Of a stretch of DNA of 64,000 bases, positions 18,471 to 28,713 are shown in pieces (position 1 is the stretch's first letter; each line of letters opens with the position of its first letter). Source of the stretch: an uncultured Methanomassiliicoccus sp. (GTDB taxonomy: Archaea > Thermoplasmatota > Thermoplasmata > Methanomassiliicoccales > UBA472). The translations under genes were made by a program, and so were the position numbers. The DNA lies in NCBI GenBank assembly GCA_964585915.1, contig CAZPFU010000005.1, positions 7,452 to 71,451 of the forward strand, read 5' to 3'. The notes under the pieces were generated by a model. The model worked only from the letters and a program-made list of their open reading frames with translations. It was not told the DNA's origin and ran no database searches.

Positions 18471-18500
18471 CCCTTTCAATTTTAAAAAAAAGAAAAAAGA
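18471..18500. terminator. T-tract/A-tract between convergent genes, probable bidirectional terminator
   Basis: CCCTTTCAATTTTAAAAAAAAGAAAAAAGA directly after the PAC2 stop and downstream of the convergent RHH gene. Confidence 0.5.
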
Positions 18501-18562
18501 GGGGAGGTTACTGGGGGGGAACCTCGGGCCTGACTAGGTGCATCCCATCCCTTCCTAACAGG

Positions 18563-18802
18563 CTACTTCCTCATATACCGCTCTTCGTAGGCTTCCATCT
18601 CCGCCAGGACCCGCTCGGCCTCTTCCATCTTCTTCATCTTGTCGGCGACCAGGTCGACCCTAGCGTAAATGAAGTCCCTGATGGCAGCTCTGATGGCTTC
18701 TGATCTGGAGGGGAAGTCGTCTACCTGCACTAGGAAATCCAGAGCCCGGATGTGCCTAGCCGGCAATCGCAACGTGACCTTCTCCAGGTCGCCTTCTTCC
18801 AT
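18563..18802 (-). CDS. Ribbon-helix-helix regulator, CdrS-like
   Basis: EKVTLRLP...FPSRSEAIRAAIRD RHH signature; ATG 18802 (alternative TTG 18817). Confidence 0.85.
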   Translation of the reverse strand: MEEGDLEKVTLRLPARHIRALDFLVQVDDFPSRSEAIRAAIRDFIYARVDLVADKMKKMEEAERVLAEMEAYEERYMRK

Positions 18803-18838
18803 CGTACTTCCTGACAACGTAGGTCGTTTAGACCTCTA

Positions 18839-18849
18839 TTGTCCGACAA
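18839..18849. promoter_or_regulatory. Palindrome TTGTC-C-GACAA at the predicted RHH transcription start
   Basis: Perfect 5-bp inverted repeat about 20-25 nt downstream of the minus-strand TATA (TTATATAT, 18866-18873); related half-sites at 18812, 18882 and 18907-18916. Confidence 0.45.
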
Positions 18850-18990
18850 CACTATGACTTGGTCCATATATAATGGTTGTTTTGTCGGCTCCCTTTCCCC
18901 CAGGCCGTCTGGACAATGCTTAGGACGGGAAATCCGCCCACGGGCACACGATAATTGATAAATACGCTATCGGTATTATGGTGGCTTACA

Positions 18991-19102
18991 CCCGACTTAG
19001 CTCAGTCTGGCTAGAGCGGCTGACTGTAGTGGGATCCCGGCTTGCCGGTCCTCAGCCGCCGATATCAGCAGGTGCCCGGTTCAAATCCGGGAGTCGGGAC
19101 CA
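18991..19102 (+). tRNA. tRNA-Tyr (GTA) with a 34-nt intron at 37/38 (19030-19063), CCA encoded
   Basis: Acceptor CCCGACT/AGTCGGG, anticodon arm GCTGA-CT-GTA-G[intron]A-TCAGC, T arm CCCGG-TTCAAAT-CCGGG. Confidence 0.93.
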
Positions 19103-19110
19103 CCCTTTCT

Positions 19111-20409
19111 TTACTTCCTCTTGGCCGATATGGCCGCCATGGCCTTCTGCCCATCCTCGATGACCTTGACGAGGTCCATGTTCTGCGGCACGCGGTCCTT
19201 GACCACGATATCGCCGAAGCATAGGACGGTCCTTACGTCGCCACGGCCGGCCGAATAGACCACGTTGGAGACGGCGTTCTCCAGGGTGAGCGGCCGCAGC
19301 GTCGGCGAGCGGGAGTCCATGATCACGATGTCCGCGCGCTTTCCGACCTCGATCGAACCGATCTCCTTTTGCAGCCCTAGCGCCTTCGCGGCGTTCACCG
19401 TGGCGAAATCGAGTGCCTCCTGGGCCTTGACCACCGTGGGGTCCCAGCGGTTGGACTTCTGCAACAGCGCCAGCGTCTTCATCTCCCCGAACATGTCCAT
19501 GGAGTTGTTGGTGGTCGAACCGTCCGTGCCGATGGTGACGTTGACGCCTTCCCTGATCATCTCAGGTATGGGGGCCACGCCGCCGGTGGCCAGCTTCATG
19601 TTGGACACCGGGCAGGAGGAGATGGACGCCCCGGCCCTGGCCAAGGCGCGCACCTCGTTGATGGTGAGCCAGGCGGAATGGGCGGCCAGGCATCTCTCGT
19701 TCAAAAAGCCGATGGAGGAGAGCCAATCGCCCGGGCGCTTGCCGGTCTTGTTCTTGTGCTCGTAAACCTCGCCGCGCGTTTCGGACAGATGGAAGGTCAT
19801 TAGGGCGCCGCTGCGGTCGGAGAACTCGCGGGAGCCCATGAACGTCTCCTCCGAGCAGACGTAAACGCCCTGGAGCCCTATACCGGGCACGATGTTCCTG
19901 TCCCCGAAAAAACGGGAGAAGAACGCCTTGCAGTTGTCCAGAGGCACCCCGTTCTGGGTGGTGAACTGCTGATCGAGCACGGCCCAGCACAGCACTCCGC
20001 GCATGCCCGCCTCTTTCACGGCCTGAGCGATGACATCCTGGGAATAGTAGAGGTCAACGAAGGTGGTGGTACCGCCCGTGAGCATCTCCAGGCATCCCAG
20101 GCGGGCACCGGCCAGCAGGTCCTCGTCCTTGCGATCGGAATCGATGGCGAACACCCGGTTCAGGAAATCGCCGAACGGCAGGTCGTCGGCCATTCCCTTC
20201 ATGACCGACATCGCCACATGGCAGTGGGTGTTGATCAGGCCTGGTAGAACCGGAGCGCCCTGGGCGTCGATCTCCTCGTCGGCTCCGCCTCGCACCTTCC
20301 CGACCTCGGCGATGATGCCGTCCTCCACCAGAACATCCCCGACGAACACCTTGCGGGAACGGTCCTGGGTGATGATGGTCCCGTTCCTTATCAGCACGCT
20401 CTTTGCCAT
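19111..20409 (-). CDS. Amidohydrolase, 5'-deoxyadenosine/MTA/SAH deaminase family
   Basis: PGLINTHCH, FHLSET, AAHSAW, CPVSNMKLATG, IGTDG, GSIEVGKRAD. Confidence 0.85.
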   Translation of the reverse strand: MAKSVLIRNGTIITQDRSRKVFVGDVLVEDGIIAEVGKVRGGADEEIDAQGAPVLPGLINTHCHVAMSVMKGMADDLPFGDFLNRVFAIDSDRKDEDLLAGARLGCLEMLTGGTTTFVDLYYSQDVIAQAVKEAGMRGVLCWAVLDQQFTTQNGVPLDNCKAFFSRFFGDRNIVPGIGLQGVYVCSEETFMGSREFSDRSGALMTFHLSETRGEVYEHKNKTGKRPGDWLSSIGFLNERCLAAHSAWLTINEVRALARAGASISSCPVSNMKLATGGVAPIPEMIREGVNVTIGTDGSTTNNSMDMFGEMKTLALLQKSNRWDPTVVKAQEALDFATVNAAKALGLQKEIGSIEVGKRADIVIMDSRSPTLRPLTLENAVSNVVYSAGRGDVRTVLCFGDIVVKDRVPQNMDLVKVIEDGQKAMAAISAKRK

Positions 20410-20513
20410 CGGCCCTGGAAGGCCTTCCGGCGATAATAATTCTATGCCGGGGTAGCAAGTTTAATTTTCCAGTTCCCGCATGGGAGCATGCAAAGTTAGG
20501 ATCCGGAGCTGCT

Positions 20514-21308
20514 ATGACCAAGTTGGTGTTCCTGGGCACGGGCGGTGGGCGTTTCTCCACCATCTACCAGATCAGGTCCACCGGCGGTCTGTACCTGATG
20601 GACGGGGTCAACATGCACATCGACCCCGGTCCGTCCGCCGCTCACCAGATGCACCGGATGAAGCTTGACCCGGCCAAGACCGACGCGGTGCTGGTCTCGC
20701 ACTGCCACCCCGACCACTACACCGACGCCGAGGTGATGATCGAGGGGATGTCCCGCGGCGGCCTTAAGAAAAGAGGGACGCTGCTGGCCTCCCGCTCCGT
20801 CCTGGAAGGTACGCAGATGCACGGTCCGGCCATATCCAACTACCACCGCTCGCTGCTGGGCCGCATCGAGATGGCCTCGCCGGGCGGAAGCGCCGATGTC
20901 GATGGTGTGAAGATAAGATATACCAGCACCAAGCACAGCGACCCCACCGGCGTGGGCTTCTCCATAGAAACGCGTGACGGCCTGGTCTCCTACGTCAGCG
21001 ACACCGAGATGGACGAGGGCATCGCCCGGGACCAGGAGGGCAGCCGGCTGTTGATATTGCCGCTCACCCGCCCCTGGGGGGCCAGGATCCCCAATCACCT
21101 GTGCACCGAGGACGCCCTGGAGTTCGTTAAGCTGGCCAAACCGGAAATGGCCATCCTCACCCACTTTGGCGCTAAGCTCATCCACGCCGGGGCGGAGAAG
21201 CAGGCGAGCATGATCGAGAAAGCTACGGGCGTGCGGACCGTCGCCGCCCACGACCTGATGAGCGTGCAACTGGGAAAGGCGATCCGCATCCATCGTTCGG
21301 GGTCTTAA
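20514..21308 (+). CDS. MBL-fold metallo-hydrolase
   Basis: FLGTGGGR, HIDPGP, SHCHPDH, TKHSD. Confidence 0.88.
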   Translation: MTKLVFLGTGGGRFSTIYQIRSTGGLYLMDGVNMHIDPGPSAAHQMHRMKLDPAKTDAVLVSHCHPDHYTDAEVMIEGMSRGGLKKRGTLLASRSVLEGTQMHGPAISNYHRSLLGRIEMASPGGSADVDGVKIRYTSTKHSDPTGVGFSIETRDGLVSYVSDTEMDEGIARDQEGSRLLILPLTRPWGARIPNHLCTEDALEFVKLAKPEMAILTHFGAKLIHAGAEKQASMIEKATGVRTVAAHDLMSVQLGKAIRIHRSGS

Positions 21309-21431
21309 ACAGTTATTATTATATAGTAGCGCTTACATAGTATGGATTGCAGCGCACGAAGGCCGGTGGATCTTCCTCCTATAGTTTTGAATCCCCACCA
21401 CCATCGGCCCGCTGCGGATTTTTCCTAAAAG

Positions 21432-22787
21432 ATGATAATGCCCTTCCCCAATGCCCAATCCATGTCCTTGGAGGAAGAGGTCCTTGGCGAGCTGACGCCG
21501 AAGGCTAGAACCGTGCGCCGCCTGGAAGAGGCGGTAGGTCAGCTTCGCCGCTCCACTGACGAATCCATCTCCCGCGCCGGACTGGACCTCAAGACCATGC
21601 TGGTAGGCTCGGTGGCCAAGGGCACTTACGTCGGCGAGCCGGACATCGACCTGTTCGTGCTTTTCCCTGAATCGGTGGAGAGGAGGGACCTTGAGCGGAT
21701 CGGCCTGCGCATAGGCCAGGAGGTGCTGGGAGGGGAGACCAGATATGCCGAGCACCCTTACACCCACGGCAAGATCGGCGGCTTCGAGGTGGACCTGGTG
21801 CCCTGTTATGAGGTGCGGGACGCCTCCATGATCAGATCGGCGGTGGACCGCACCCCCTTCCACACCAGGTTCGTGCTTTCCAATTTGGACGATAAGAAGA
21901 GAGAGCAGGTCCTGCTGCTCAAGCAGTTCATGAAAGGGGTCGGCGTTTACGGGGCGGAGGCCAAGGTGCAGGGCTTCTCCGGCTACCTCACCGAGCTGAT
22001 GATCATCAAGTTCGGGGACCTGCAGAGCGTGCTCAAGGCGGCCTCTGGATGGAGGCCGGGCATGGTGATGGACATGGACAGCGTGAAAAGGTCAGGCGGG
22101 AACGCCCCGCTGACCTTCTGGGACCCGGTGGACCCCAAGCGCAACGTCTCGTCAGCCCTATCCCTGGACCAGTTCAGCCTCTTCATTCACGCCTGCCGGG
22201 AGTATCTGCGTTCTCCCAGCGAACGCTTCTTCTTCCCCCGGGCGCGGCCGCTGATGGACCTGGAGACCATCGAGACCACCTTCAGGAACAGGGGCACCTC
22301 GCCCTTCGTGATAGTTCTTGAACGCCCGGACCTGGTGGATGACAACCTCTACCCCCAGGTCCAGAGAAGCATGCTGGGCCTCAGGAAGCTCCTGGAGATG
22401 AACGACTTTCAGGTGCTGGACATGAGGTGCTCGATCTTGAAGGAAATAAGAATGGTCTTTGAGCTGGTCAGCACCGAGCTGCCGCCCTCGCGACTGCACC
22501 TGGGCCCTCCGGCCTGGACGGACACTGCGGACCATTTCGTGGAGAAGTGGAGGATGGCCGGCATCGGCCAGCCTTTCCTGGTCGACGGAAGGTGGACGGT
22601 CTTCGCCAAAAGGGAGCACAGAGAGCCGGCATCGCTCATCATGGCCAAAGGGAAGGAGGCGGCGCTGGGGAACGATCTCCGCGATCTCCCCGGATTGAGG
22701 TGCTACTCTGGAAAGAACGCCTACAAAGCGCCCAACCGGAGGGCCTTCACCCTCCTGCTGGATAAAAGAGAGGCTTGGCGGGCCTAG
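21432..22787 (+). CDS. cca: Archaeal CCA-adding enzyme (class I)
   Basis: VGSVAKGTY...DIDLF, YAEHPY, SAVDRTPFH, GVYGAE, GFSGYLTEL. Confidence 0.95.
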   Translation: MIMPFPNAQSMSLEEEVLGELTPKARTVRRLEEAVGQLRRSTDESISRAGLDLKTMLVGSVAKGTYVGEPDIDLFVLFPESVERRDLERIGLRIGQEVLGGETRYAEHPYTHGKIGGFEVDLVPCYEVRDASMIRSAVDRTPFHTRFVLSNLDDKKREQVLLLKQFMKGVGVYGAEAKVQGFSGYLTELMIIKFGDLQSVLKAASGWRPGMVMDMDSVKRSGGNAPLTFWDPVDPKRNVSSALSLDQFSLFIHACREYLRSPSERFFFPRARPLMDLETIETTFRNRGTSPFVIVLERPDLVDDNLYPQVQRSMLGLRKLLEMNDFQVLDMRCSILKEIRMVFELVSTELPPSRLHLGPPAWTDTADHFVEKWRMAGIGQPFLVDGRWTVFAKREHREPASLIMAKGKEAALGNDLRDLPGLRCYSGKNAYKAPNRRAFTLLLDKREAWRA

Positions 22788-22791
22788 ACCG

Positions 22792-23463
22792 TCAGAATTG
22801 ATTTATCACCAATATAGATGAAGTGAAGGTCTGGGTATTGCCCGCTTCGTCCGTGGCGATCACTGCGAAGTTGTAGGTGCCGGCCGTGGTGAAGTCGTAG
22901 GTGAACTCGTAGCGGCCGTCTTCCCCTAGCACCATATCGAACGTTTGCGGATTGGAGCCGGTGAAGCTGAACTGCACCTTTGCCAGTTTGCCGTTGTCGA
23001 TGACGGTGGCGTTGAAGGTCACCTCGCCAAGGGGCACATTGTTGTAAGGCCGGTTATACTGAACGTCGCCGGCCCAGACCTCCATATCGTGTATCTGGGG
23101 GTCCACGGTGTCCCCGAACGGGGGGTTCAGCAGCAGGACCCAGATCCCCAAGGCCAGGAAGAAGAACATGGCCCCGTTCCCAAGCCAGGTCTTGATCTCC
23201 ACCGAGCTGAGATCGACCGGCAGGAACTGGAATATCCATTTCAAAGCTACCGCCCCGACGACTATGAGCAGCAGTCCGATCACGAAGGAGATGTCAGTGG
23301 TGAAGTAGGCCACCACTCCGAATATCACGGCCAGGAGCGCGCTGATCAGGACCGTCTTGGTGACCGTTATGTCCTTTTCCAAGAACTCCTTCTCGTTGAA
23401 GTCCGGAGGCGTGAAGTTGTACTCCTCCTTGACCTCTGGCTCCTTACGCTTCTTCTGGGCCAT
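22792..23463 (-). CDS. Membrane protein with three TM helices and a C-terminal Ig-like domain
   Basis: TPPDFNEKEF N-terminus, three hydrophobic helices, beta-rich tail ending ATDEAGN. Confidence 0.75.
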   Translation of the reverse strand: MAQKKRKEPEVKEEYNFTPPDFNEKEFLEKDITVTKTVLISALLAVIFGVVAYFTTDISFVIGLLLIVVGAVALKWIFQFLPVDLSSVEIKTWLGNGAMFFFLALGIWVLLLNPPFGDTVDPQIHDMEVWAGDVQYNRPYNNVPLGEVTFNATVIDNGKLAKVQFSFTGSNPQTFDMVLGEDGRYEFTYDFTTAGTYNFAVIATDEAGNTQTFTSSILVINQF

Positions 23464-23634
23464 GGACTTCCCTAATAAGAACTCGGTAATAAACCCTTTT
23501 GATTCGCCGAACGCCGATTGTAACCGTCATCGCTTAATCCCCGGGAGGGCATGCTTCATCCGACCGAATCACTTTCGGCATACCCCCAAACACCTTTTTA
23601 ATATGCTCAAGGATAAGGAAGGATAGGTGCAGAC

Positions 23635-24576
23635 ATGGCGAACGCCAACATTGAAGAGTTGCCTGGAGTAGGACCCGCAACTGCCGATAAGCTCAGAGAA
23701 GCAGGATACACAAACCTCATGACCATAGCGGTGGAGTCGCCCAAGACCTTGGCCGACGCCTGCGACATAGGGGAGGCCACCGCGATCAAGATCATCGACG
23801 CCGCCAAGAAGGCCGCCGACGTGGGCGGTTTCGAATCTGGAGACGTCATTTTCGAAAGGAGAAAGAACCTCGACCGCCTGACCACCGGTTCAAAGGCCTT
23901 CGACGAACTGTTGGGCCATGGACTGGAGTCCCAGGCCATACACGAGTTCTACGGAGAGTTCGGCAGCGGCAAGACCCAGATATGCTTCCAGCTGGCAGTG
24001 AACGCCACCCTGCCCAAGGAGAAGGGCGGATTGGACGGTGACGTGGTCATAATCGACACCGAGAACACCTTCCGTCCGGAGAGGATAGTGCAGATGGCCA
24101 ACGGCATGGGGGCGGACCCGGAAGAGGTATTGAAGCGCATCCATGTCGCCCGGGCTTACAACTCCTCGCACCAGATGCTGCTGGTGGAGAAGGCCGCGGA
24201 CGTAGGCAAGCTGCACCCGGTCCGCCTGCTGATAGTGGATTCCCTGACCGCCCACTTCCGGGCCGAGTTCGTAGGCCGCGGTACGCTGGCGGAAAGGCAG
24301 GGTCTGCTGAACAAGCATATGCACGAGCTGCTGTCCTTCGCCGAGGTCAATAACGCGGTGATCGCCGTCACCAACCAGGTGTCCGCAAAGCCGGACGCTT
24401 TCTTCGGCGACCCCACCCGCCCGGTGGGCGGCCACGTGGTCGGGCACGCCTCCACCTACCGCGTATATCTGCGCAAGAGCAAGGGCACCCGCAGGATAGC
24501 CAGGCTCATCGATTCCCCTGACCGGCCTGAGGCAGAAGTGGTCATCAACGTGACCGAGGAAGGCGTCAGGGACTGA
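23635..24576 (+). CDS. radA: DNA repair and recombination protein RadA (no intein)
   Basis: [12 protein letters not shown] Hh[39 protein letters not shown]. Confidence 0.97.
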   Translation: MANANIEELPGVGPATADKLREAGYTNLMTIAVESPKTLADACDIGEATAIKIIDAAKKAADVGGFESGDVIFERRKNLDRLTTGSKAFDELLGHGLESQAIHEFYGEFGSGKTQICFQLAVNATLPKEKGGLDGDVVIIDTENTFRPERIVQMANGMGADPEEVLKRIHVARAYNSSHQMLLVEKAADVGKLHPVRLLIVDSLTAHFRAEFVGRGTLAERQGLLNKHMHELLSFAEVNNAVIAVTNQVSAKPDAFFGDPTRPVGGHVVGHASTYRVYLRKSKGTRRIARLIDSPDRPEAEVVINVTEEGVRD

Positions 24577-24584
24577 TCGCCCCC

Positions 24585-25580
24585 ATGCACCTGACCCCGG
24601 TCCTGTTCGAGCTTTCGGGGGAACACCCGACCCTGCCAGTAGCGGAAGTGCTGGCCTGCCTTCAGGCGGAGTCACAAGGACCTCGCCGCCTCGCTCAGGG
24701 ACCCGGATATCTGCTTGCGGAATGCGAGGCCGCTTCGCTTCCTGGGGTGGCCGGACGATTGGGCTTGACCCACCGCCTGGGACCTTACCTGGGCTCGTGC
24801 GGCCTCGACGAGCTGGAATCGACCGTGTCCGAGCTAGAGCTTCCTGAGGGTAGCGTCTGCGTGCGGGCCAGGAAGGTCGAGGGATCGTTTCCGCAAGTGA
24901 ACACACACGATGTGGTCAGGACGGTGGGCAGGGCCCTATCCCTGAAGCATGAAATAGATCTCACCGCTCCGGACCTCACGATCAGGGCACTTCTCTCGGA
25001 TAAGGTGCACCTGTTCATCTCCGAGCAGGAGATAGATAGGAAGGATTTCGACCGACGCAAGGTGGCGGAGAGGCCGTTCTTCTCCCCGATATCGCTGCAC
25101 CCGCGTTACGCCAGGGCGCTGATCAACTTGACCGGGGCGAGGCGGGGGGATACGCTGCTCGACCCGTTCTGCGGTACCGGCGGTATCGTTCTGGAGGCGG
25201 CATTGCTGGGAATGAGGGCGATCGGCTCGGACATCGACCCCGAGATGGTGGACGGCTGCCGGCGCAACCTGGAGCATTTCGGCGTCGAGGCCGAGGTGCA
25301 GGTGGCCGACGTGGGCGACATTCCGGCCATGTTCGGAAAGGTGGGAGCGGTGGCCACCGACCCTCCTTACGGAAGGGCGGCCAGCACCAAGAAGGAGGAT
25401 ATCGACCTTCTTTACCGCCGGGGCATCCGGGCCACGGCTGAAGTGCTGAATCCGGGAGGCAGGGCGGGCATCGTCCTACCCCGGGAGGTCACGGCGGAGG
25501 GGATGGAATTGCTGGAGATGCACCGGCAGCGGGTGCACCGCTCGCTCACCCGTCACTACCACATCTTCATTCGACGGTGA
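24585..25580 (+). CDS. trm11: tRNA (guanine-10-N2) methyltransferase (THUMP + SAM domain)
   Basis: ELSGEHP, RPFFSPISLHP, DPFCGTGG, TDPPYGR, HRSLTR. Confidence 0.88.
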   Translation: MHLTPVLFELSGEHPTLPVAEVLACLQAESQGPRRLAQGPGYLLAECEAASLPGVAGRLGLTHRLGPYLGSCGLDELESTVSELELPEGSVCVRARKVEGSFPQVNTHDVVRTVGRALSLKHEIDLTAPDLTIRALLSDKVHLFISEQEIDRKDFDRRKVAERPFFSPISLHPRYARALINLTGARRGDTLLDPFCGTGGIVLEAALLGMRAIGSDIDPEMVDGCRRNLEHFGVEAEVQVADVGDIPAMFGKVGAVATDPPYGRAASTKKEDIDLLYRRGIRATAEVLNPGGRAGIVLPREVTAEGMELLEMHRQRVHRSLTRHYHIFIRR

Positions 25581-27027
25581 AGGTGAAAAGGTACTCGTCG
25601 CTCTGATAGACCGAGCCGTTGCTGTTGAAGGACCTCATATCGATCAACAGGTCCCAGACCCCTCCCCCTTCTTCATCGGGGACGCTGACCTTCATCACGA
25701 CGGTTATACCATCCTCGTAAGGCACCAGGACCTCCAGTAGGTTCGTGGCGTTCTCCTCGTCCCCCCCTTGCAGGAAGAGCGAGACGCTCCAGCCGTGCGG
25801 TATCTGCATGGCGTTCAGCTCCATGGTGGTGTTGCTGTTGCCGGTGTTGTCCACCAGCATGGTGACGTAAACGGAAGTGCCGGCTAGCATGGTGGTCTCG
25901 TTGCCGCCCGGCAGCTCCACGTCGAAGGAGTGGTCGGGAGCGATCTCCACCAACGGTATAGGAGAGAAGGTTATCAGAAGTATGGCCATGGTCACCACCC
26001 CCAGCATCTTGGTCTTGTTGCTCAGCCTGCTCACGTCGTTCAGGGGGGCGGGGTGGCGCAGTCCCAGGAACAGGATCAGCATGGCGAAGATGAGCCATCC
26101 CGTGTAGTAGAGACCGAGCACCAGAAGCAGGCCCACCGTGGCGTAGCTGAGGTACTTGGCCTTGTCGCCGAGCAGCCCGCGTACCACGTGGCCGCCGTCC
26201 AGCTGTCCGGCCGGAAGAAGGTTGATGGCGGTGACCAGGAAACCCACCCATGCAGCGAAAGCGGTGGGGTGCAGGGTGACGTTCTCCGGCAGCGGTACGA
26301 GAAGCGAGAGCAGGGCGTACAACGGCTGTATGGATATTGCCACGGCCCCGGCGTCGCCCACCATGCCGCTGCCCGGATCGCCCATTGACGTCAGCCACAG
26401 TCCCAGGAAGGAGACCGGAATGGTCACCAGCAGCCCGCCTATCGGACCGGCGGCGCCGATGATCACCAGGGAGCGGCGGTCCGGTAGAGGGTCCCTCATG
26501 GAGATGAAGGCGCCGAAGGTCCCCAGCGGCGGGATCGACGGTATGAAGAACGGGAGCGAAGCCGCCACGCCGCACTTCTTGGCCGCCAGGTAATGGCTGA
26601 GCTCGTGCGTGCCGAGTATGGCCATCAGCGGCACGGCGAAGAAAAGCGCCCCCCAAAGATAGTTCTCCGGCCGGGTCAGATCGTTGTTTCCGCCGTACGA
26701 GGCCCAAAGCACCGCCCCGGCGATGATGGTGGTGATCAGCGTGACGATGAGCAGGACGCTGTTCAGCCAAAGGCCGCGGGCCCTCATCTCGGGCCGCTTG
26801 ACCACGCTGATGGTGTACTCCCCGCCGTGGTAGCGCAGCACCGGGACCAGCATGCGGGATTTGAACTCGTTCCGCAGCTGGTCGAACCTTCCCTGCAGGC
26901 TTGACTGCTCGGGAGTTATGAAGAAGGTGAGAGAGTCGTAGCTCACCCGCACGTCGTAGACAGGGAAATACTTGGAGATCGCGGCCTTGATGCTCTCCAC
27001 CTCAGCCGCGGGTCCGGGGGTGGCCAT
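25567..27027 (-). CDS. Site-2 protease (M50) with a C-terminal Ig-like extension
   Basis: HELSH zinc motif, NLLPAGQLDGGH, C-terminal beta-rich domain of ~120 aa. Confidence 0.9.
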   Translation of the reverse strand: MATPGPAAEVESIKAAISKYFPVYDVRVSYDSLTFFITPEQSSLQGRFDQLRNEFKSRMLVPVLRYHGGEYTISVVKRPEMRARGLWLNSVLLIVTLITTIIAGAVLWASYGGNNDLTRPENYLWGALFFAVPLMAILGTHELSHYLAAKKCGVAASLPFFIPSIPPLGTFGAFISMRDPLPDRRSLVIIGAAGPIGGLLVTIPVSFLGLWLTSMGDPGSGMVGDAGAVAISIQPLYALLSLLVPLPENVTLHPTAFAAWVGFLVTAINLLPAGQLDGGHVVRGLLGDKAKYLSYATVGLLLVLGLYYTGWLIFAMLILFLGLRHPAPLNDVSRLSNKTKMLGVVTMAILLITFSPIPLVEIAPDHSFDVELPGGNETTMLAGTSVYVTMLVDNTGNSNTTMELNAMQIPHGWSVSLFLQGGDEENATNLLEVLVPYEDGITVVMKVSVPDEEGGGVWDLLIDMRSFNSNGSVYQSDEYLFTFTVE

Positions 27028-27147
27028 GTGTGCCTTATTTCAGGAGGACTTATTATTAAATTTTCCTTCCACGGATTTCCAGGGACCAGGGCCAGGAGGT
27101 GAGACCATATCGCCAACGCTTTTGTATGGGCATCGCGATGTTCGGCC

Positions 27148-27963
27148 GTGAACACGCTCCTGCAGCTGTTCCGGATCGGCAACGCCGTGATGGGCATAGT
27201 CGGGCTCCTGATGGGAGTGCTCATCGCCGCCGGCACCGGAATATTGGATCACTGGCAGCCCATAGCGTTCGCGGCCGTGGCTGTCTTTTCCTTCATCGCC
27301 GGCGGAAATTCGCTGAACGATTACACCGACCGGGAGGTGGATAAGCTGGCGCATCCGGAGCGGCCGCTTCCCTCCGGGCGCATGACCCCCAGACAGGTAC
27401 TGTTCATATCCATAGCCAGCTTCGTCATCTCCTTCGTATCGTCCCTATTCCTGAACCTGGAATCGATCGTCATCGTGGTGTTGGCGATACTGTTGATGCT
27501 GTCCTACGAGGCCAAGCTGAAGAGGGACGCGTTGTCAGGAAACCTGGAGATCGCGCTGCTCACCGGAATGCTGTTCCTGCTCGGCGGGGCGGTGGTGGGC
27601 ATGATGGAGAGGACGTACATCATCGCCCTGCTGGCGTTCCTGGCCATACTGGGCCGGGAGATCGTCAAGGACATCGAGGACATGGCAGGGGATTTCGATC
27701 GGCAGACCCTTCCCAAGCGCATCGGGGCGAGGAACGCGGGAGTCATCGCCAGCCTCTCGTTCTTGGTGGCGGTGGCCCTTAGCCCGATACCTTACTTCGA
27801 CGGCACGTTCGGCATCTGGTATCTTGCCGCGGTGGCCTTCGCGGATGCAATATTTATATACTGCTCCATTGTTCATTTTGAAAACCCCACCAGGGGACAG
27901 AAGCTGGCCAAGTACGGCATGCTCCTGGCGCTGGTGGCCTTCCTCATCGGAGGGATACTGTGA
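27148..27963 (+). CDS. Digeranylgeranylglyceryl phosphate synthase (UbiA family)
   Basis: NDYTDREVDKLAHPERPLPSG, REIVKDIEDMAGD; adjacent to GGGPS. Confidence 0.88.
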   Translation: MNTLLQLFRIGNAVMGIVGLLMGVLIAAGTGILDHWQPIAFAAVAVFSFIAGGNSLNDYTDREVDKLAHPERPLPSGRMTPRQVLFISIASFVISFVSSLFLNLESIVIVVLAILLMLSYEAKLKRDALSGNLEIALLTGMLFLLGGAVVGMMERTYIIALLAFLAILGREIVKDIEDMAGDFDRQTLPKRIGARNAGVIASLSFLVAVALSPIPYFDGTFGIWYLAAVAFADAIFIYCSIVHFENPTRGQKLAKYGMLLALVAFLIGGIL

Positions 27964-28700
27964 CGGTCAAGGATTACATCTACGAGAAGGTTAAGAAGGG
28001 GACCATGCACATGACGCTCCTGGACCCTGCCAAGCAGAGCCCGGAGCACGCCGCCGAGATGGCCGCCGTGGCCGAATCCATGGACACCGACGCCATCATG
28101 GTGGGGGGTTCCACCGGCGTTACCCAGGAGAACCTGGACGCCACTATCCTGGCCATCAAGAAGAGGGTCAAGATACCGGTCATCTACTTCCCGTCCGGCG
28201 CCCATGCCATTTCACCGTTCGCGGACGCCATGTACTTCATGAGCATGCTGAACTCCATGGTCGTGGAGAACGTCATCCTGCAGCAGGTGAAGGGCGCCCC
28301 CATCGTCAAGAAGATCAACGTCGAACCGCTCTCGATGGGATACATCATCGTCGAGCCGGGAATGAAGGTCGGGGAGGTCGGCAAGGCCAGGCCGATCCCT
28401 CGTAACGAGCCGAAGACCGCCGCGGCGTTCGCTTTGGCCGCCGAGTACATGGGAATGGGATTGGTCTACCTGGAGGCGGGCAGCGGCGCTCCGCAGGCTG
28501 TTCCGGAAGAAATGATCGCCACCTGCAAGAAGAGCATCACCGTTCCGCTCATCGTGGGCGGGGGGATCCGTGACGCGGAGACCGCGGCCAGGGTCCGCAA
28601 GGCCGGCGCGGACGTCGTGGTCACCGGGACGGTCGTGGAGGACTCCGACCTTGGCGAGGACCTCAGAAACCTGATCAAGGCGGCCAAAGGCACCGCCTGA
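27960..28700 (+). CDS. Geranylgeranylglyceryl phosphate synthase (PcrB family)
   Basis: HMTLLDP, MVGGSTG, YLEAGSGA, VGGGIR, VVTGT. Confidence 0.93.
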   Translation: MTVKDYIYEKVKKGTMHMTLLDPAKQSPEHAAEMAAVAESMDTDAIMVGGSTGVTQENLDATILAIKKRVKIPVIYFPSGAHAISPFADAMYFMSMLNSMVVENVILQQVKGAPIVKKINVEPLSMGYIIVEPGMKVGEVGKARPIPRNEPKTAAAFALAAEYMGMGLVYLEAGSGAPQAVPEEMIATCKKSITVPLIVGGGIRDAETAARVRKAGADVVVTGTVVEDSDLGEDLRNLIKAAKGTA

Positions 28701-28713
28701 TCGTTCCTATTTC

